DNA of 64,000 nt from Kiritimatiellia bacterium (GTDB lineage: Bacteria; Verrucomicrobiota; Kiritimatiellia; JAAZAB01), in contig JAXGPF010000007.1 of assembly GCA_040767085.1 (NCBI GenBank), positions 224,266 through 288,265 on the forward strand, read 5' to 3'. Made by a program: the position numbers and the translations under genes. Shown one piece after another: positions 52,697 to 61,580 of this stretch (position 1 is the first letter of the stretch; every line of letters starts with the position of its first letter). A model generated the notes under the pieces. It ran no database searches, had not been told where the DNA came from, and was given only the letters and a program-made list of their open reading frames with translations.

Positions 52697-54079
52697 TTAT
52701 CTGGTTTTCCGGCGGGCGGGCGGGCGGCGGCCCGGCGCGGTCCGGCGGTATTTGCTTAAAACTTTTTTAACCTGTTCCACCGCCGTGCCGATGTAGCCGG
52801 CCGGGTCCAGCAGCCGCTCCAGTTCCCGCGGGGGCAGCGCCGCCATCACCCGTTCGTTCCCGCGCAATACTTCCCGCAGGGGCCGGCCGGAAACGAAAGC
52901 GGCGCCGGCAGCCTGCCGCAGAACCTCATGCGCCTCCTGGCGTCCGAAGCCGCGCGCCGTCAGCCCCAGCATCACGCGTTCGCTCATGATCAGGCCGCCG
53001 GTCAATTCCAGGTTGCGCCGGATGCGTTGCTCGTCCACGGTCAGGCCGCGGAGCACCGCCTGGAGCTGGCGCAGCAGGTAATCCGTCAGGATGAAACTTT
53101 CGGGAAAGATCACGCGTTCGGCCGCTGAATTGGTCAAATCCCGCTCATGCTCCAGGGGAATGTTTTCCAGGGCGGGGGCCACCTGCGCACGGATGACGCG
53201 GGCCAGGGAACAGATCCGCTCGCACTTATGGGGATTGCGCTTCTGGGGCATGGTGGAGGAGCCCACCTGGCGGGCGCTGAACGGCTCGTAAAGTTCGCCG
53301 ATTTCCGTGCGCTGCAGGTTGCGGATTTCCACCGCGATCTTCTCCCCGGCGGACGCCGCCAGCGCCAGCAGGAAAACCGCCTCGGCATGCCGGTCGCGCT
53401 GGATGACCTGGTTGGAAACCAGCACCGGCTCCAGCCCCAATTCCGCCATGACCAGCCGCTGCAATTCCCGGGCATCAGGCCCGAAACTGGCCTGGGTGCC
53501 AACCGCCCCGGTCATCTGCCCGACCCGCAGGCGCGGCAACGCCTGGTCAATCCGTTCCAGCGTCCGCTGGAACTCGCAGGCCCAGATGGCGAATTTCAAG
53601 CCGTAAGTCGTCGGCACCGCATGCTGGCCGTGGGTGCGGCCGACGCACACCAGGCGCTGGGTGCGTTCGGCCCAGTCGAGCAGCAAATCGCGGGTCTCCC
53701 CGGCCAGCCGGCGGATGACGCCCAGCGCGGCGGTCAATTGCAGCGCGAGGGCGGTATCTTCGATATCGTAAGAAGTGGCGCCCAGGTGCACAAACCGGCC
53801 GGCCGTGCCCGCGCAGACTTCCGTCAAGGCCCGCACCATGGCCATGAGGTCATGGTGAATTTCATCCTCGATGGCCTTGACCCGCGCCAGCTTGACATGC
53901 CGGACGTCCGCTTTGCGGGTGATTTCCGCGGCCGCTGATTTGGGAATGCGGCCCAGCCGGGCATGCGCCCGGGCCAGCGCCGCCTCAACTTTCAGCCAAT
54001 TGTTTAACCGCGCTTCCTCGGTGAACAAGGCGCGCATTTCATCGGAATAATAACGGAATTCAATGGGATGTACGCTCAT
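52697..54079 (-). CDS. purB: Adenylosuccinate lyase
   Basis: HHDLMA, HLGATSYDI, GRTHGQHA, GAVGT, GSSTMPQKRNP, HERDL. Confidence 0.97.
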   Translation of the reverse strand: MSVHPIEFRYYSDEMRALFTEEARLNNWLKVEAALARAHARLGRIPKSAAAEITRKADVRHVKLARVKAIEDEIHHDLMAMVRALTEVCAGTAGRFVHLGATSYDIEDTALALQLTAALGVIRRLAGETRDLLLDWAERTQRLVCVGRTHGQHAVPTTYGLKFAIWACEFQRTLERIDQALPRLRVGQMTGAVGTQASFGPDARELQRLVMAELGLEPVLVSNQVIQRDRHAEAVFLLALAASAGEKIAVEIRNLQRTEIGELYEPFSARQVGSSTMPQKRNPHKCERICSLARVIRAQVAPALENIPLEHERDLTNSAAERVIFPESFILTDYLLRQLQAVLRGLTVDEQRIRRNLELTGGLIMSERVMLGLTARGFGRQEAHEVLRQAAGAAFVSGRPLREVLRGNERVMAALPPRELERLLDPAGYIGTAVEQVKKVLSKYRRTAPGRRPPARRKTR

Positions 54080-54088
54080 AATTTCAAC

Positions 54089-54253
54089 CAACCGAGCCAA
54101 TTGCAAAAATCGTCCCCTGCCACCTTGCGTGGCAGGAACGCAAGGTTATGCAAAAATACAACATATTGGCAATCAACAAAATGTGTCGTTTCAAACAACC
54201 TTTGTCTCCGGCGGGGTAAACCCGCCGGAAGACTTTTGAAATTGGCTCAACCG
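54089..54253 (-). ncRNA. Structured RNA (four-way junction) in the purB 5' leader, unclassified
   Basis: Four helices paired by hand with 0-2 nt junctions; multiple G.U pairs only on the minus strand. Confidence 0.6.
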
Positions 54254-54269
54254 TAAAGAAACAAGTGGA

Positions 54270-54298
54270 ATTATATAGCAAAACGCCAATTAAGCCAA
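54270..54298 (-). promoter_or_regulatory. sigma70-type promoter for the purB leader
   Basis: TTGGCT-17 nt-TATAAT. Confidence 0.7.
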
Positions 54299-54303
54299 AC
54301 TAT

Positions 54304-55527
54304 TTAATCCGCGGGTTGATTTTTTATGCCTGGCGGCGGCGAGGCGGACTCCCCGGCCAGGCGGCTGCCGGAAACCAGGCTGTCATCCCCGTAACGCCGG
54401 CGGACATCGTCAACGCTCCGGCTTAATTTTTCCCAGCGGGCCTGGGCCGCAACATCGTCGAGCGGCAGCGCCAACTGCCCGCCGCCGCTGCCGCCCAAAT
54501 TATAAACGCCAATTCCCACCAGCCTCACCGGCCCGGACCAGGCCACAGCCTCAAACAAAAGCAAGGCGGCACGGCGCAGGGTGATATCGTCGCTGAAAGG
54601 CCGCGGCAAGGCCTGCTGGCGCGTGATGGTGGTGAAATTTTTCCAGCGCAACTTCAGGCGCACCCCGGAGGCCGCCAGGCCCTTGGCGCGGAGTTGCGCG
54701 CCCACCTCCTCGGCCAGCAGCAGCAACATCCGCCGCACTACGGCCGGCGTGCTGCAATCTTCGTCAAAAGTATGCTCGCGCCCAATGCTTTTGCGGTCGG
54801 ATTCCGGCTCCACCGCGCGCGCATCACGGCCGAACGCCAGCGCCAGGATTTCCTGCGCCGCGCCGCGGCCCAGCGCCCGCGACAGGTTCTCCGGCGCCTG
54901 ATCCTGTAAATCACCGATAGAACGCACCCCCAGACGATTCAACGCCGCCAGGGTTGTCCGACCCACGCCGAAAATACGCGACACGGGCAAGGGGCGCAGG
55001 AAGGCGGCTATGGCCTCATGTTCCGTTGGAACGACGGTCATGGCGTCCGGCTTGTGCAGGTCGCTGGCCAGTTTGGCCAGAAATTTATTCGGGGCAACGC
55101 CGACGGAAGCCGTCAGATGGGTTTCCGCCGCAATGGCCGCGCGAATGCGCCGGGCAATTTCCGGGCCATCGCCGAACAGGCCGCGGGCGCCGGTGACGTC
55201 CAGAAACGCCTCATCCAGCGACAGGGGCTCCACCAGCGGGGTGAACCGTTCGAAAATCGCAAACACCTGGCGCGAGACCGCCGCGTAACGCGGCATAGCC
55301 ACGGGACAGAAGACGGCCTGGGGACAAAGCCGCCCCGCCGTACGCGAAGGCATGGCCGAATGCACGCCGAAGCGGCGCGCCTCGTAGGAGGCGGCCGACA
55401 CCACGCCGCGCCGGTCGGGCGGCGAGCCGACCACCACCGGCCGGCCGCGCCATTCCGGGTGATCCCGCTGCTCGATGGCAGCGTAAAAAGCATCCATGTC
55501 CACGTGCAGTATCGTGCGGGTGTTCAT
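54304..55527 (-). CDS. dinB: DNA polymerase IV
   Basis: ILHVDMDAFYA, SYEARRFGV, SLDEAFLD, KLASD, KSIGRE. Confidence 0.96.
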   Translation of the reverse strand: MNTRTILHVDMDAFYAAIEQRDHPEWRGRPVVVGSPPDRRGVVSAASYEARRFGVHSAMPSRTAGRLCPQAVFCPVAMPRYAAVSRQVFAIFERFTPLVEPLSLDEAFLDVTGARGLFGDGPEIARRIRAAIAAETHLTASVGVAPNKFLAKLASDLHKPDAMTVVPTEHEAIAAFLRPLPVSRIFGVGRTTLAALNRLGVRSIGDLQDQAPENLSRALGRGAAQEILALAFGRDARAVEPESDRKSIGREHTFDEDCSTPAVVRRMLLLLAEEVGAQLRAKGLAASGVRLKLRWKNFTTITRQQALPRPFSDDITLRRAALLLFEAVAWSGPVRLVGIGVYNLGGSGGGQLALPLDDVAAQARWEKLSRSVDDVRRRYGDDSLVSGSRLAGESASPPPGIKNQPAD

Positions 55528-55581
55528 CGGCCCGCATTTTACCGCACCGGCCGCACAGATGCCAAGTTGAATCCGCGCGAA

Positions 55582-56775
55582 TTACAGCAGGCGGAACGCC
55601 CGGGCTTCCGGCATGATTTCCACCGTACGCCGGGCGGCGGCGGCGGCCTGGGCGGCAATGCCCAGCACAGCGCTGTCCCAGCCGGCCTCATACCCGGATT
55701 CGGGCTGCTCGCCGCGCTGGACGCAACCAATGAACGCCCGCAAGGCCGCCTCGTCGCCGGCCGGTTTAACCCCGTCGAACGGTAAAATTTCCGCCTTACG
55801 CGTCCTGGCGCTTTCAAAACGGATTTGCATCTCTTTGGCAACGTTTTTGGAAAGCAGCAGCAATCCCTCATCGCCCACCGCGCCGACTTCCGTTTCGAAG
55901 TCTGAAATCGGGGCAAAATGGCATTCCATGTAAGTGCCGCGCACGCCATTGGCGTATTCGATGGCGACGACGGCATTGTCGAAGACCGAGGCGCCGGGGG
56001 CGTATACGCACTGGTCGCGCACGTAGCCGTCATGCTCGTCGGCCTTCCAGAAATAACGGCCATGCCGGTCCTTGGTAATGTCAATATAATGCTGACAATG
56101 GTCCGTGCATTCCAGGCAGCGGCGCGGCATTTCCGGACGCGGCGCATGCACGTCCAGTCCGCCGAAAGCCGCCACGAAACGCGGGCGGCTGCCGGAATGC
56201 CAATTCATCTGGTCCATGTAATGGCAGCCTTTGTGCACCAGCAATCCGCCGGACTTGGCCCGCTCGCGATGCCAGCGATGCCAATACTTCGCCCCTTCCA
56301 CGAACCGGCGCGCCCAGACCATCCGCAACTGGCCTATTTTACCGTCTTTGATCAGGCGGTGCACGGTGCGGCCGGAATCGCCGAAACGGACGTTGTGCCC
56401 GGCAAAAAAAATGCTCCCGCCCCGCGCCGCGGCCGCAGCGATGGCATTACAATCCTCCAGGGTGGTCGCCATGGGTTTCTCGCAGTAAACATGTTTCCCG
56501 GCGGCAATGGCGTCCAACACGATTGGGGCATGGGTGAAATCCGGCGTCATCACAAACACCGCATCCAACCCCGGCAATTCCAGCAATTGGCGGTAATCGG
56601 TGAACGCATGGGGGGCTTCCAGGTCCTTGCCGCCTTCCGCGGCGCGGACGGGATTGATATCCGCCACGCCCACCACTTCGGCCATTTTCTCCGTGCGGAA
56701 TTTCTTAAAAGTTCCCTGCAGGTATCCTATCGCCCGATCGCCAGTCCCAATCACGCCCAAACCAATGGTGCTCAT
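55582..56775 (-). CDS. Gfo/Idh/MocA-family oxidoreductase
   Basis: GVIGTG, TPDFTH, CEKPMA, SGGLLVHKGCHYMD. Confidence 0.93.
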   Translation of the reverse strand: MSTIGLGVIGTGDRAIGYLQGTFKKFRTEKMAEVVGVADINPVRAAEGGKDLEAPHAFTDYRQLLELPGLDAVFVMTPDFTHAPIVLDAIAAGKHVYCEKPMATTLEDCNAIAAAAARGGSIFFAGHNVRFGDSGRTVHRLIKDGKIGQLRMVWARRFVEGAKYWHRWHRERAKSGGLLVHKGCHYMDQMNWHSGSRPRFVAAFGGLDVHAPRPEMPRRCLECTDHCQHYIDITKDRHGRYFWKADEHDGYVRDQCVYAPGASVFDNAVVAIEYANGVRGTYMECHFAPISDFETEVGAVGDEGLLLLSKNVAKEMQIRFESARTRKAEILPFDGVKPAGDEAALRAFIGCVQRGEQPESGYEAGWDSAVLGIAAQAAAAARRTVEIMPEARAFRLL

Positions 56776-56881
56776 ACCGACTCCTCATAAAAACAGAATA
56801 AAACGCAAAGATATAACCTATTAATCGGACAAACACCTATGTAGCATTGGCGCTAAAAATTGCAAGCAAAAAATTCGGCAC

Positions 56882-58267
56882 TGTCGTAAACAAATGACTT
56901 GGCCGCATAATTAACAAATGATTTGTCCGCTTAAAGCTGTCAGGATGGTGCATTCAAAGGGGGGTTATATGGATGAATATCCGAAGGCAGCACTGGAGCG
57001 GGCAATGAAGGTACAGGAAGTGATCTTGCGTGCGATTGAAGGGCGGTTAATGTGGTGGGAGGCGGCGGAGATACTAGGTGTGAGCTACCGGACCATGCGG
57101 CGCTGGAAAGGGCGCTACGAGCGGTATGGTTACGACGGGCTGCTGGATCGTCGGCGGAAGATACCGGGGCCGCGGCGCGTGCCCCTTGCGACGGTGAAGC
57201 AGGTGCTGAGGTTGTACCGAGAAGAATACATGGATTTCAATGTGAGGCATTTTCACGAGAAGCTGCAGGCGGAGCATGGGATCGAGCTCAGTTATCAGTG
57301 GGTCAAGAGCGCCTTGCAGACGGCCGGGTTGGTGGCGAAGGCCCGGAAACGAGGGCCGCATCGGCAGCAGCGGGAACGGCGACCAATGGCGGGGATGATG
57401 TTGATGGTGGATGGCAGCACCCATGCCTGGTTGCCCCTGCTGGCGGGCCAGAAGCAGGATCTGATCCTGGTGATGGACGATGCCACCAGCGAAGTCTACA
57501 CGGCCTATCTTGTGCCCCAGGAAGGGACATTAACGGTGATGAAGGGGTTGAAAGAAGTCATTATTAAACATGGGGTTTTCTGCAGTCTGTACACGGATCG
57601 TGGCAGTCATTTCTTTTATACGCCCAAAGAAGGCGGGGCGGTGGACCGGCGTCAATTGACGCAAATTGGACGGGCGTTGCAACAGTTGGGGATCGAACAT
57701 ATTCCGAGCTATAGCCCCCAGGGACGTGGGCGAATAGAGCGGATGTTTAAGACCTGGCAAGGGCGCCTGCCGCAGGAATTAAGGCAGGCGGGAATCCGGA
57801 CGATGGCCGAGGCCAACGTCTATATTCAACAACAGTTTCTGCCTTCCTTCAATCGCAACATGAAGGTGAAGGCGCGGGAAACAGGAACGTGTTTCGTGCC
57901 TTGCGGTGAGCAGGATTTGGACAGCATTTTCTGTGTGCAGCATGCGCGAGAGGTTCAAAATGACAATACCGTGGCTGTCGGGAGTCGCCGCTTGCAGATT
58001 GGACCATCAAAATGGCGTTTCAGCTTCGCCAAGTGCCGGGTTAAAGTCTGCGAGCACCTCGATGGCACGGTGTCCATCCGTTATGGCCCGCATGTGGTTG
58101 GCCGCTACCAAGGACCGTTGAACATTTCGGCGTCGCTGGAGGACGTCGCATAAACTTTTTCCTCCCCCGCGGGGGAGGAAAATCCTCACCCCAGGAGCAA
58201 CAACACACAATAACAAATCGGACAGATCACTTGTTACAAAAAGCGGACACTTGACTTGTTACGAACA
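56882..58267 (+). mobile_element. IS1202-family-like (formerly ISNCY) insertion sequence, 1386 bp
   Basis: TGT...ACA ends with tandem subterminal repeats (AACAAATGA...GTCCG); 16-bp duplication GCAAAAAATTCGGCAC at 56866-81 and 58268-83. Confidence 0.9.
56969..58153 (+). CDS. IS1202/IS481-like DDE transposase
   Basis: N-terminal HTH, VDGSTHAW, MDDATS, YTDRGSHF, TQIGRAL, PQGRGRIERMFKTWQGRL. Confidence 0.92.
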   Translation: MDEYPKAALERAMKVQEVILRAIEGRLMWWEAAEILGVSYRTMRRWKGRYERYGYDGLLDRRRKIPGPRRVPLATVKQVLRLYREEYMDFNVRHFHEKLQAEHGIELSYQWVKSALQTAGLVAKARKRGPHRQQRERRPMAGMMLMVDGSTHAWLPLLAGQKQDLILVMDDATSEVYTAYLVPQEGTLTVMKGLKEVIIKHGVFCSLYTDRGSHFFYTPKEGGAVDRRQLTQIGRALQQLGIEHIPSYSPQGRGRIERMFKTWQGRLPQELRQAGIRTMAEANVYIQQQFLPSFNRNMKVKARETGTCFVPCGEQDLDSIFCVQHAREVQNDNTVAVGSRRLQIGPSKWRFSFAKCRVKVCEHLDGTVSIRYGPHVVGRYQGPLNISASLEDVA

Positions 58268-58296
58268 GCAAAAAATTCGGCACATAATTTTGGTGT

Positions 58297-60465
58297 TCAA
58301 AGATGTTCCAGACAGGCGCCCATGGCATAGAGATTGACCGGCGCCGCGCCTGGAGAACCCAACTGCTGCTCGGCGTTATAGGAGTAATCCGGATCGCCGC
58401 TGGCGGGATTCAAGCGCCAGGCCAGCATGCCGCGCAGGACGTTTTCAGCCTGACGGTCCGGCTGGCAGGCCAGCCAAAGCGATAGCGCGGCAATACCATA
58501 AGGACACGCGGCCGGCGTGCGGGTTTCCGGATTGGGGAACAGGGCGCCGTCATTCTTCTGCAGGCGCGCCAGGTAATCAACGGCCGCCCCACCCGCGGCC
58601 AGCAACTCTTCCTTATCCGGATGCCCGGACGGCAAAACACGGCAGAGCGCGGCGTAGCCGCGCAGGATGATGCTGTGATACCAAATCCAGGAATTATGGC
58701 CGGGCCAGCCGCCCGCGGCCTGCTGGCAGGGCAAAATCCGCCGCGCGACCCGGCGCAAGGCGGCGGTCAAGACCCAGTCGGCCCGGGCCGCCTGGTAATG
58801 TTCCGCCAGGTGCCAGACGGCAAAGGCGTTGAAATTGACATTCTTCGAGACCGGCCAGGACTCCTCCCAGCGCGCCGCGCGCTCGGATGCCTCCAGGTAA
58901 ACGCGGTCGTTGAAATGCGCGTATCCCTTCAGCAATGCGGCGCCGGCGATGCCGGTGACATACAGGCATCCTTGGTGGCCCACCTGCCCTTCCGCCGTGC
59001 GCGTATATAAACGAAAGCATCCGTCCGGCTCCTGCTGCCGCACCAGCCAATCCAAGCCGGCGCGCGCCCGCGCCAGGTAAGTCTGCGTCCGTTCGTCCGG
59101 AACTTGATCAGCCGCAGCGCTTTCCAGGCGCTTTCCGCCGGCGCCTTGGACCGCCCCCAGATACCCCAGGATGCAATCTCCCGTTGTCCGGATCAGGGGA
59201 TGGCCGCCGGGCACACCCGTGTTTTTGTGCATAAACCATCCGGCAGGATATTCGGCGGCGCCGAGCCCCCAGCTCCCATCGCCGTTATAACGCTTCTCGC
59301 AGGCGGCATGCACCTCTTCGAAATACGCCCGGACGGCCCGCGCATCCGGCGCGGCAAATTCCCGGCCGGCCGCCGGCCGGGCGCGCCAGGCGACCGCGCG
59401 GGCCAGTTCGTAATACGCTGCAGCCGCCAGCAGCAGCGGACCGAAGCCGTGCAGGTCGTTGACCGCCGTGGGGATTGCCGGGTAATAACCCGGGCTGTCG
59501 CCCGGAGCGGCCGCCACGTTCACATCCGCAATATTCCAGTTGCCGTGCATGGCCACGCGCGATCGCATGCCGCTCCAGGCCCGCCCGGCAGCGGGCGCCA
59601 GCGTCCCGGACACCCATCCGCGCCGGAGCGCAATGGCGAGGGCGTACCCGATCAAGGCCGATCCGGACAGCTCCTCGGGTGAAGAATCTTCGGTCAGTTG
59701 CTGGCGCCAGAGGCCGGCTGGAGTTTGTACGGCGGCCAACCGTACGAGCAAGTCCCGCAGCCGTTCAATCAATCCCGTCCGCGCCGGGTGCGCCGCGGGC
59801 AGGTAAAGCAGTAACTCCGCCATGACGGCCGCCGCGCAGCCATTGCCGCGGCACCAGGCATCCGGGGCAACCCATTCCCCGCCCGCCCGGCGGCCGGCAT
59901 GATGATAAAAACCCGTCCGGGCATCGCGCAGCAAATCAGCCGCGTCCGACGCCAGTTTAACCGCCGCGTCGAACAATGTGTCGTCCTGCAAGGCCTCGCC
60001 GGCCATGCAAAGGAACGGCGCGTCCTGCAGCAGGCCATCCAGGCTGACCAGGCCGGGGCGCGCCGGCGCCGCCCCGGTCAAACCGGCGGCGTTCCGGCGC
60101 ATTTTTTCCGGAAGCGAGCGCACGCACAGGCGCAATCCTTCCAGACCTTCCGGTCCGCGCCGGTAATGCCCCTGCAGCAGGCGATATGCTCCGGCTAGGC
60201 CGCCCAGGACGAGCTGGGGCAAGGCGCCGGCCGGCGCGGGACCGGAAACTGCATAAAACGCCAGATGCCGGTCCACAAAGGCATCGTACAGGCCATTGAG
60301 GGCGCCCAGCCGGAGCAGACCGTACAAATTCAAGACATTGGCCGGTGTGCGCGCCAGCAATCCGCCCTGGCCATGAAAAGCGATCAACTTGTCGGCGACA
60401 CCTTCCCCAAAGGCGAGGCATGCGGCGGGACCGCCCTGCTGCGGCCGCACGGCAGTCAAAGTCAT
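58297..60465 (-). CDS. GH88/GH105-like unsaturated glycuronyl hydrolase domain fused to a second helical-barrel domain
   Basis: TGFYHHA, WCRGNGC, GLWRQ, ELSGSALIGYA, HGFGPLLLA; C-terminal W/LxxQxxDG repeats. Confidence 0.7.
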   Translation of the reverse strand: MTLTAVRPQQGGPAACLAFGEGVADKLIAFHGQGGLLARTPANVLNLYGLLRLGALNGLYDAFVDRHLAFYAVSGPAPAGALPQLVLGGLAGAYRLLQGHYRRGPEGLEGLRLCVRSLPEKMRRNAAGLTGAAPARPGLVSLDGLLQDAPFLCMAGEALQDDTLFDAAVKLASDAADLLRDARTGFYHHAGRRAGGEWVAPDAWCRGNGCAAAVMAELLLYLPAAHPARTGLIERLRDLLVRLAAVQTPAGLWRQQLTEDSSPEELSGSALIGYALAIALRRGWVSGTLAPAAGRAWSGMRSRVAMHGNWNIADVNVAAAPGDSPGYYPAIPTAVNDLHGFGPLLLAAAAYYELARAVAWRARPAAGREFAAPDARAVRAYFEEVHAACEKRYNGDGSWGLGAAEYPAGWFMHKNTGVPGGHPLIRTTGDCILGYLGAVQGAGGKRLESAAADQVPDERTQTYLARARAGLDWLVRQQEPDGCFRLYTRTAEGQVGHQGCLYVTGIAGAALLKGYAHFNDRVYLEASERAARWEESWPVSKNVNFNAFAVWHLAEHYQAARADWVLTAALRRVARRILPCQQAAGGWPGHNSWIWYHSIILRGYAALCRVLPSGHPDKEELLAAGGAAVDYLARLQKNDGALFPNPETRTPAACPYGIAALSLWLACQPDRQAENVLRGMLAWRLNPASGDPDYSYNAEQQLGSPGAAPVNLYAMGACLEHL

Positions 60466-60467
60466 GC

Positions 60468-61580
60468 TCAAAATCCTCCGACGTCGCATGCGTATATCCC
60501 CACCCGGCGGTCCGGGCAGGCATTGAAAACAATCCGGCGGCTGCCGGGATCGAAAACCGGATGGGGATTAATATCATATTGCTTGATCGGCCGCGATCCC
60601 GCAACCTTTTCCAAGGGCGCCCGATAATTCTGCCGGCATAACCGCGTCATTTTGCCGGCGGCATAGTCGAACATCAAGATGGAAGTTGAATCCGGATTAA
60701 TCTCGTCCAGCGCGACCTTTTTCCCGTCCGGCGCCGGCGATACATGGCAGCCGCCGCGGATCGGAAACGGCGACAGGACGCGTATTTTTCGCGTACGGGT
60801 GTCGTATTCGGCCAGCAGGCCATAGTGCCCGCGCGGCGCGCCCGCGCGCTTCGGGAACTCGCCCAGGATCGTGCTCCAGGATACGGCAAACGCCAGGATG
60901 CGCCGGGAATCCGGATGCCACATGATGTGTCCGCCCAGGTTGCCGTGGAATTCCAGGGCTCCGCCCCGCATATCGCAGGTGTAATAATCGCGCACCAGCG
61001 ATCCGTCGCGGGTAACCAGGAACAGGATCACCCGGCGCTGGTCGGGACTGATTTCGCCCCCGAGCCGGAACAGCAAACGCGCGCGCCGGAGCATGTTTCC
61101 GCGCGGATGGGCGGCCAACAAGTCATCCACCGTGGCCAGGCATTTTTTACCCGTGCCGTCAATCCGACGCAAGTAGATTCCCATCCGGCCCTGGCGTTGC
61201 CGGGGGAAGCCGGCGTCAATTTCCACGAAATACTCATTTAAGTTGCCGGCATAAGGGCAAAGTCTCCCGGTAAAATCGCGGGTTTTGCCGGAACGCAGGT
61301 CGTACACCGCCAGACGCTCCCGGCGTGCCTGGTAAATGACCTTGGCGCCGCCGGCGCAGAAATATTGGGATGCTCCGCTATGATAATGGAAATGCCGGCT
61401 GGCGCCGATGACGGTTTCCCGGCCGGACTCCTGATCCAGCAGGCAGACGGCGGCCGGCGCGCGCAGATTCCGGAACTTCAGGCATAGCACCCGCCGGCCG
61501 TCGGGATGGCAGGGCGAGCCCTTGAAATAGGTGTGCACCCGGTGGAAATTATCGGCCGGCGTCAACAATTTTGCATTCAT
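60468..61580 (-). CDS. Beta-propeller protein, oligogalacturonate lyase (PL22)/TolB-like
   Basis: HTYF...HPDGRR, GGHIMWHPD, GCHVSPAPDG, NPHPVFDP. Confidence 0.6.
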   Translation of the reverse strand: MNAKLLTPADNFHRVHTYFKGSPCHPDGRRVLCLKFRNLRAPAAVCLLDQESGRETVIGASRHFHYHSGASQYFCAGGAKVIYQARRERLAVYDLRSGKTRDFTGRLCPYAGNLNEYFVEIDAGFPRQRQGRMGIYLRRIDGTGKKCLATVDDLLAAHPRGNMLRRARLLFRLGGEISPDQRRVILFLVTRDGSLVRDYYTCDMRGGALEFHGNLGGHIMWHPDSRRILAFAVSWSTILGEFPKRAGAPRGHYGLLAEYDTRTRKIRVLSPFPIRGGCHVSPAPDGKKVALDEINPDSTSILMFDYAAGKMTRLCRQNYRAPLEKVAGSRPIKQYDINPHPVFDPGSRRIVFNACPDRRVGIYACDVGGF

